Shown: positions 15,500 through 20,682 of the stretch, in pieces | How positions within the stretch are numbered: position 1 is the stretch's first letter | Layout of the letters: each line of letters opens with the position of its first letter | Virus record (IMG/VR): IMGVR_UViG_3300046747_000361 | Source of the DNA: a virus | Strand: one strand, 5' to 3' | Length of the DNA: 62,133 bases | Notes under the pieces: model-generated | The model's database searches: none | The model's input: the letters and a program-made list of their open reading frames with translations, nothing else | Told to the model about the DNA's origin: nothing | Made by a program: the position numbers and the translations under genes

Positions 15500-15758
15500 A
15501 GCGCGGTCCGTGGCCTGGCTTGCACTTGCTCATGTCCGAGCAAGACACGACTTCGCAGCGCAACTCATGTCCACACCGATTCTCACGGTTAGGCAACATG
15601 CGCACCGAAAACGACTTGAATAGCTCGTTATACTCGAGACCGAAGTCGTAGCCCGTCGCATCGGCTTTCTGTTGCGCCTCTGCTTTTGCGGCTGGATAGC
15701 GCTCTTGAAAGGCGGCGGTTTCGTAGGCTGGAACTGTTTTTTTTACTTTGCGTGCCAT
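15498..15758 (-). CDS. hypothetical protein
   Basis: ORF track. UGA stop inside hammerhead helix I. Confidence 0.6.
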   Translation of the reverse strand: MARKVKKTVPAYETAAFQERYPAAKAEAQQKADATGYDFGLEYNELFKSFSVRMLPNRENRCGHELRCEVVSCSDMSKCKPGHGPR

Positions 15759-15835
15759 ACTTCTCTCTCGTTTTCCCTGTTAGTGTCACCCTAGCGCCTA
15801 GAGCTCTCCCTATGCGCTAGCGTCAGACTACAGAG
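15759..15835 (-). repeat. intergenic long-hairpin element, family S copy 1
   Basis: About 77-nt unit repeated three times. Imperfect hairpin of roughly 27 bp (15777..15833) plus conserved leader ...ACAGGGAAAACGAGAGAGAAGU-AUG. Confidence 0.7.
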
Positions 15836-15998
15836 CTTGATTTGCGATAATGTATCGAATTTCAACAGGCTTCAGTTTGCGGCATCGTTTCCACGCGCTG
15901 CGTTGTTTGGCGTGCTTGGCACAGTAGACAAACGAGCCATCCGTGTGCGTCGCCGATTCACAGCAATCGCAAGTGAATTCGCATTTTATGTTGTTCAT
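15828..15998 (-). CDS. 56-aa Cys-rich hypothetical protein
   Basis: My translation MNNIKCEFTCDCCESATHTDGSFVYCAKHAKQRSAWKRCRKLKPVEIRYIIANQAL. Flanked by family S elements. Confidence 0.5.
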   Translation of the reverse strand: MNNIKCEFTCDCCESATHTDGSFVYCAKHAKQRSAWKRCRKLKPVEIRYIIANQAL

Positions 15999-16070
15999 GT
16001 TTCTCACTTCCCTGTCAGTGCCACCCTAGCGCTTAGAGCTGTCCCTATGCGCTAGCGTCAGACTACAGAG
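15999..16070 (-). repeat. family S copy 2
   Basis: Hairpin 16012..16068. Substitutions relative to copy 1 are pairing-compatible (A-U to G.U). Confidence 0.7.
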
Positions 16071-16233
16071 TATCCCGTGGCTCGTATCCGCGGACTGGTG
16101 TGTGTACGCCGCACTTCTCTAGTTCGGCACGCGTGCCAACAAACCAGCCAGGCGAAAACACACTCCAGCCGTAGAACAACTCTTTATGCGCAGCGATTGC
16201 GCGTGCCTCTTCGACAGTCTTGGTTTTAAACAT
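16063..16233 (-). CDS. 56-aa hypothetical protein
   Basis: Start reassigned to ATG 16233 (MFKTKTVEEARAIAAHKEL...). Confidence 0.5.
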   Translation of the reverse strand: MFKTKTVEEARAIAAHKELFYGWSVFSPGWFVGTRAELEKCGVHTPVRGYEPRDTL

Positions 16234-16309
16234 ACTTGTCTCTCGTTTCCCTGTCAGTGTCACTCTAGCGCCTAGAGCTGTCTCTAGTCGCTAGCGTCAG
16301 ACTACAGAG
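16234..16309 (-). repeat. family S copy 3
   Basis: Hairpin 16251..16307; a G.U pair in copy 1 becomes A-U here. Confidence 0.7.
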
Positions 16310-16489
16310 TCACTCACCACTTGGTAGCTTGTCGAGCCATGCTGAGTACCGCGACCACAGTCCGGGGCGTTTCGCGATTAGTGCGCGTAGTTCTTTTGCA
16401 GTCAGTCCAGTTTCAACCAAGTGCAAGAATGTCTCGTTACACTCTGCGGACTGGCGAAATGCTTTCTCGTAATACCAGCGTTGCGTCAT
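16310..16489 (-). CDS. 59-aa hypothetical protein
   Basis: My translation MTQRWYYEKAFRQSAECNETFLHLVETGLTAKELRALIAKRPGLWSRYSAWLDKLPSGE. Below the track cut-off. Confidence 0.5.
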   Translation of the reverse strand: MTQRWYYEKAFRQSAECNETFLHLVETGLTAKELRALIAKRPGLWSRYSAWLDKLPSGE

Positions 16490-16528
16490 GTTCTCTCTAT
16501 TCTGTTCAGAACTCGCGCAGCGACCGGA

Positions 16529-16744
16529 CTAGATTTGCCCGCCATTGCCGCCACGATTATACGTGTGCTCAACACTGTTAGAATGCGTTGTTTCGACCAC
16601 GCGCCGACCATGACTACCTCCACACGCATTGAACGCCAGAATCAAACAACCGATGATTATTATCGGTATCAGCAGATACAGAAACAGACACACAGCGAGT
16701 ATCGCGAGCGCTGCAAAAAACAGAAACCAAAACGCGGTCATCAT
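16529..16744 (-). CDS. 71-aa membrane protein
   Basis: Start reassigned to ATG 16744 (MMTAFWFLFFAALAILAVCLFLYLLIPIIIIGCLILAF...). Confidence 0.55.
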   Translation of the reverse strand: MMTAFWFLFFAALAILAVCLFLYLLIPIIIIGCLILAFNACGGSHGRRVVETTHSNSVEHTYNRGGNGGQI

Positions 16745-16917
16745 TGAGCGCGCTCCAGTCTCGACTCCAGGTAACTGATTGCAGCCGTGAGGCGTGTGCA
16801 GCGCCAATGCCAAAGATCCGCGCCCGATAGGTCGTCTTGTGCGAGTTTCGAGTCTCGCACTTGTGCGTGCCATTCATGGCGGCGTGTCAACACTTCGAGC
16901 CATTCAGCTGTGCGCAT
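16741..16917 (-). CDS. 58-aa hypothetical protein, first gene of the leftward early operon
   Basis: My translation MRTAEWLEVLTRRHEWHAQVRDSKLAQDDL... ATGA overlap with the next gene; family P leader upstream. Confidence 0.5.
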   Translation of the reverse strand: MRTAEWLEVLTRRHEWHAQVRDSKLAQDDLSGADLWHWRCTRLTAAISYLESRLERAQ

Positions 16918-16970
16918 TTATACTACCCTCTCAACGCCCTAAGCCCACCCCGACTCTCACAGTGTGAGAT
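16918..16970 (-). repeat. structured leader element, family P copy 2
   Basis: Contains the 7-bp-arm inverted repeat TCTCACA-G-TGTGAGA (16955..16969) nested in a longer stem, then GGGCUUAGGGCGUUGAGAGGGUAGUAUAA-AUG. Confidence 0.5.
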
Positions 16971-17874
16971 AGTCAGGTGTGGGCGTGGGGTTGTGTCCTC
17001 TTTCTAGGGAATGCGCACTGTCACTGCGCACTCAACCTAGCCTTCGTGTCTACCCCAGCACCGTCGTAGCGGTTTCGCCGAGGCTATTCAGTTTTCACAG
17101 AGCAGCGGCCACTAGGCCCGAGACATCCATGTCTCGCGTCGCTTTCCTGCGTACTCGGCTGCGTTTCCGCTTCGCCGCTGCGCGTCTTGCGCATGAGTAG
17201 ACTCTAGCGCGATTGACGCTCAGCGCCACAATTGAGATCTCTTTTTATCCACAAATACGGTAAGATTACACGCACAACGTATTTTGTGGAAATACTGGAA
17301 TTGGACCTCCTTATAGCGCTCGCCGCGCTCGCCTCGACTGCGCACGAGCGCCGCCGCTGAGGCGCCTCGGCCGAGGCCGCCGCCCCCCTGACCAGGCCTG
17401 ACCTCATGCTTGGCGAGCATGCGTCGCCCGCCGCGTCCGTAGTGGTCTCGCGTGCTTGGCGCCTCGGAGCTCGGCGAGACCGCGGTCTCTTCCACAAACC
17501 GAGCGCGAACGCGTGTGAGAGCGCAGCGCCTCTCCTCTGTGCGCAGCGCATGCGTGCAGTGCAGTGGTGTGCGCAGCGCAACCTACACGCGCAGTGCGCT
17601 AGTGTGCGCAGCGCCACCTACACGGCCACCCGCACGCGCGGCGGGCACGGGGGGTGGGGGTACACTTGGGCGCCCCCTGGCTCTAGCGCGCGCCTACGCG
17701 CCATTTCGCGCGTACAAGTCCCAGCCCCAGATCTCGCCCGAGTGCCCAGCCCCAGATCTCACGCCCGTCTTGGTCGGCGTGCACAAGCCCCCCGGCCAAG
17801 TCAGTGAGCACGAACTATGTGCGCGCAATCACACCCTTGTTTGGCTCACGTAAGCTCGGTTACAGTCTCCCGCC
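16971..17874. promoter_or_regulatory. gene-free divergent control region (candidate origin / operators / early promoters)
   Basis: No credible ORF; all track ORFs here are Arg/Ala-rich GC-frame artefacts. Contains direct repeats, 14-bp palindromes and an AT-rich island with an inverted repeat. Confidence 0.6.
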
Positions 17875-18087
17875 ATGAAAGTCAGTGTCACCTTTCACGA
17901 AGAAGGCACACCGATCGCGACTGTGACGTTTCGCAGGTCGGCAAGGTGGTTGCGCCGAGACCGCGTTCAATACAACGCGTGGAGGCGCCAGGTACGCGAG
18001 CGCAAGCACCACGACCCCGACCTGTGGATTCGCGAGAGTCACGCGCGCTGGCGCGAGCATTACAATGGGGGGCGTACACTTGCTTGA
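17875..18087 (+). CDS. small basic hypothetical protein
   Basis: ORF track. First rightward ORF after the control region; overlaps the helicase start. Confidence 0.4.
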   Translation: MKVSVTFHEEGTPIATVTFRRSARWLRRDRVQYNAWRRQVRERKHHDPDLWIRESHARWREHYNGGRTLA

Positions 18088-19849
18088 CACCCCTATCAAA
18101 CTACGGGCCTATGAGGTGGATTGGTTAGCTCGCATTGGCCAATCGACCGCGAATCGTGTGCTGATAGTCGGCCCGACTGGCTCAGGTAAGACGATCATTG
18201 CAGCGCAAGCCATCCGCGCCGCTGTTGCCCTCAATCAGCGCGTGCTGTTCATCGCCCACCGACTCGAGCTCGTGGAGCAAGCGACGAACAAGCTCAAAGA
18301 CGTCGGCGTCGAGGTCGGGCCACGCGTGACAGTCACGACGATTCAGTCGCTCTACAATGAAAGCCCACCCGCGGATCTGATCGTCGTTGACGAAGCCCAC
18401 CACGCGCCAGCTGAGAGCTATAAGGAACTGCTCAAAAAGTACCCGAAAGCCATCATCTACGGCCTGACAGCCACGCCCTTTCGCTGCGATGGTCTGCCTC
18501 TCGACGATCTCTTCGAAGAAATCGTGCCGTCTGCGCCGCCGAGTCAGCTCATTCAGGCGGGATGGCTCTCAAACCCCAAGATTTACACGGTCCCGAGAGA
18601 TCAACGACCAAAACTGCTCGGTCTGCGTCGTCGCGATCATGATTTCGACATGGCTAGTCTCGCGAGAGTCACCGATTTGCCCGAATTGGTCGGATCCGTC
18701 GTCGAACACTACCTCAAATACGCTCATAATCTCCCCACCGTGGTCTACGGCGTGAATATCGCGCACTGCGAGCACATGACGACCGCTTTCAGGCACCAGG
18801 GCGTGCGTGCTGCGACCGTTTACGGGAAGATGCCCCTCGAGTCGCGCGTCCAAGCCCTCGAGATGTTCGCGAACCAAGAACTCGACGTGCTCGTGAACTG
18901 TCAGCTGCTCACTGAGGGGTGGGATTGTCCCACGGCCAGAGCTGCGATCGTCGCGCGCCCGACCCTCAGTGCCGGCTTGTGGTTCCAAATCGTCGGCCGA
19001 ATCACGCGACCAGGCCCGATCCAGCCGATTGTGCTCGATCACGCCGGCAACGCGCTCATGCACGGTCTTCCCCTTCAAGACGTCGAATACACGCTCAAGG
19101 GACGACAGATCAACTCGCGTCCTGACAACGGCGAGAAGGCTTGTCCGAAGTGTCACAACTCAGTCCACGTCGCGAACCGTACTTGTTCCTGGTGCGGGTT
19201 CGAGTGGTGGTCGCCAAACGAGCTCCCCGAAGTAGCGGAAGGCAACCTCGTTCTTCTCACCAAGCGACAGCACAAGCGCCGGTGCGCGTGGCCCGACTGT
19301 CCAACGCCAGAGAAGCTCATACATTCCGAGCGTGAAGGCGCGATGCACATCAAGTGCCAGCCGCTAGCCAACGCGCGCAAGTACACGTGCCAGTACGAGC
19401 ACTGTCTTACACCCGGCAAGCCGCTCTCCCAGAACAACCCGTGGAGCCTTCATCTCAACTGTCGAATGCACAAGAACGGCAGGACGAGCAAGCCAGGCGT
19501 GCGGTGTGCCTACGAGAAGTGTCTCACCCCCGATGTCATCATCCACTCGCGCACGCCAGGTGTGATGCATCGCGCATGTGAGCATCTCGTCGTTCAGTCG
19601 CAGCGCATCTGTCAGTACGACCGGTGCCCCGAACGCGACAAGCTGCTCGCACACAAGGCGCCCTTCCAGGGGATCACGATGCACCGAGCCTGCAAGGCTC
19701 GCTTCAACGCGTACAACAAGAACCCCGACAAGCCACGCTGCAAGACATGTGGCCTGGGTCACGACGATAAACTGATTCGGTACCCAGGCAACGTCTACTA
19801 CTGCGACAAATGCGACAAGTTACGCCGCCGCCGTATCCTTCCGGCGTAA
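18065..19849 (+). CDS. SF2 DEAH-box helicase with C-terminal array of Cys/His zinc-ribbon-like repeats
   Basis: VGPTGSGKT, VVDEAHH, LTATPFR, QLLTEGWDCP, VGRITRPG. C-terminal 230 aa carry 5-6 CxxC/C..C..H..C units. Confidence 0.85.
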   Translation: MGGVHLLDTPIKLRAYEVDWLARIGQSTANRVLIVGPTGSGKTIIAAQAIRAAVALNQRVLFIAHRLELVEQATNKLKDVGVEVGPRVTVTTIQSLYNESPPADLIVVDEAHHAPAESYKELLKKYPKAIIYGLTATPFRCDGLPLDDLFEEIVPSAPPSQLIQAGWLSNPKIYTVPRDQRPKLLGLRRRDHDFDMASLARVTDLPELVGSVVEHYLKYAHNLPTVVYGVNIAHCEHMTTAFRHQGVRAATVYGKMPLESRVQALEMFANQELDVLVNCQLLTEGWDCPTARAAIVARPTLSAGLWFQIVGRITRPGPIQPIVLDHAGNALMHGLPLQDVEYTLKGRQINSRPDNGEKACPKCHNSVHVANRTCSWCGFEWWSPNELPEVAEGNLVLLTKRQHKRRCAWPDCPTPEKLIHSEREGAMHIKCQPLANARKYTCQYEHCLTPGKPLSQNNPWSLHLNCRMHKNGRTSKPGVRCAYEKCLTPDVIIHSRTPGVMHRACEHLVVQSQRICQYDRCPERDKLLAHKAPFQGITMHRACKARFNAYNKNPDKPRCKTCGLGHDDKLIRYPGNVYYCDKCDKLRRRRILPA

Positions 19850-20206
19850 TCGATACTGCTTGAGTTTTGAAGCGAGCGAGCGTCGTGAGACGCCCAGCGC
19901 TCGCGCTGCGTAAGTTTGGTTGTTCTCGTTCTCTGCGAGCGCGGCTAGCAAACGGTCGCGCTCGTAGAGTCGATACGCCCTCAAAATCTGCGTGCCGGGT
20001 GGAACGAGCGTTGTGTCTGCCGCCGCCTCCATACAGGCGTCGAGCGTCTTCAAGCCCTGATGCTTCATCCACATCTGAAGGGTCCGCTTGCTCACGCCCA
20101 GTTCGAGTGCCGCTTCCTTCACGATGTGGTTGTGATTGAGCAGTGCGCGCGCGGCGCACGTGCGTTGAATGGCTAGCAGGTCGTCACGAAATATGCGGGG
20201 GTGCAT
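19820..20206 (-). CDS. DNA-binding protein with two Fis-type (HTH_8) motifs
   Basis: LNHNHIVKEAALELGVSKRTLQMWMKHQGL and ENENNQTYAARALGVSRRSLASKLKQYRL. Confidence 0.6.
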   Translation of the reverse strand: MHPRIFRDDLLAIQRTCAARALLNHNHIVKEAALELGVSKRTLQMWMKHQGLKTLDACMEAAADTTLVPPGTQILRAYRLYERDRLLAALAENENNQTYAARALGVSRRSLASKLKQYRLRRKDTAAA

Positions 20207-20232
20207 GTCACCAGATTAAGACGTGTGCGGTC

Positions 20233-20261
20233 TTGACGCAACAACTAACCGTCCGTATACA
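20233..20261 (+). promoter_or_regulatory. sigma70-like promoter candidate
   Basis: TTGACG - 17 nt - TATACA, followed by a 9-bp stem-loop (20286..20314) in the leader. Confidence 0.4.
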
Positions 20262-20333
20262 GGGGTCACCTATCAAGGGTTCTGGCCCACGCCCTGAATG
20301 GTTTGGGGCGTGGGTGAGATCTATCTGACTGTC

Positions 20334-20645
20334 ATGAACCAATACATGATTCGCGAGCTCGAGGACTTTCTTGCCCAGGCCAAGCGGGGCGAGATCACCA
20401 GCGTTGTGATCGCAGCCAGCATGCGCGACGGGCGATCGCTAGCAGCGTGGGAGGTTCACGACCGCGACATCCTTGATTCGCTCGACTTCGTTTGTAAGTG
20501 CGCCGAGGACGGGGTTGATAACTCGCTCGTGCTAGAATCAAACCATGAAGAAAACCATCAAGACCGGGGCCACCAAGCCCAAGTCCAAACCCTCCAAGAA
20601 GATGTCCAACCTGAGCTACGAGAAGCTCGACCCGAAGCTAGCTAA
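20334..20645 (+). CDS. hypothetical protein
   Basis: Start reassigned to ATG 20334. The C-terminal 30 aa look low-complexity and overlap 20545..20682. Confidence 0.45.
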   Translation: MNQYMIRELEDFLAQAKRGEITSVVIAASMRDGRSLAAWEVHDRDILDSLDFVCKCAEDGVDNSLVLESNHEENHQDRGHQAQVQTLQEDVQPELREARPEAS

Positions 20646-20682
20646 GAAGACGGGGCGAACGAAGGCGGACATGGGCTGCTAG
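20545..20682 (+). CDS. 45-aa lysine-rich protein (alternative frame)
   Basis: My translation MKKTIKTGATKPKSKPSKKMSNLSYEKLDPKLAKKTGRTKADMGC. Ends exactly at the tail-fibre stop. Confidence 0.35.
   Translation: MKKTIKTGATKPKSKPSKKMSNLSYEKLDPKLAKKTGRTKADMGC

Noticed and set aside
15777-15800. Match of the family S element to the SP6/T7-type promoter core (GGTGACACTA; also ATAGGGAGA in copy 1)
   Set aside because: No single-subunit RNA polymerase gene is present, since every ORF over 500 aa has another assignment. The match degrades in copies 2 and 3 (GGTGGCACTG, AGTGACACTG) in ways that preserve RNA pairing instead.
16979-17853. Five overlapping ORFs (73-137 aa) in the control region
   Set aside because: All are Arg/Ala/Ser/Pro-rich and mutually overlapping in several frames, with no start context. 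The region is better explained by repeats and palindromes.
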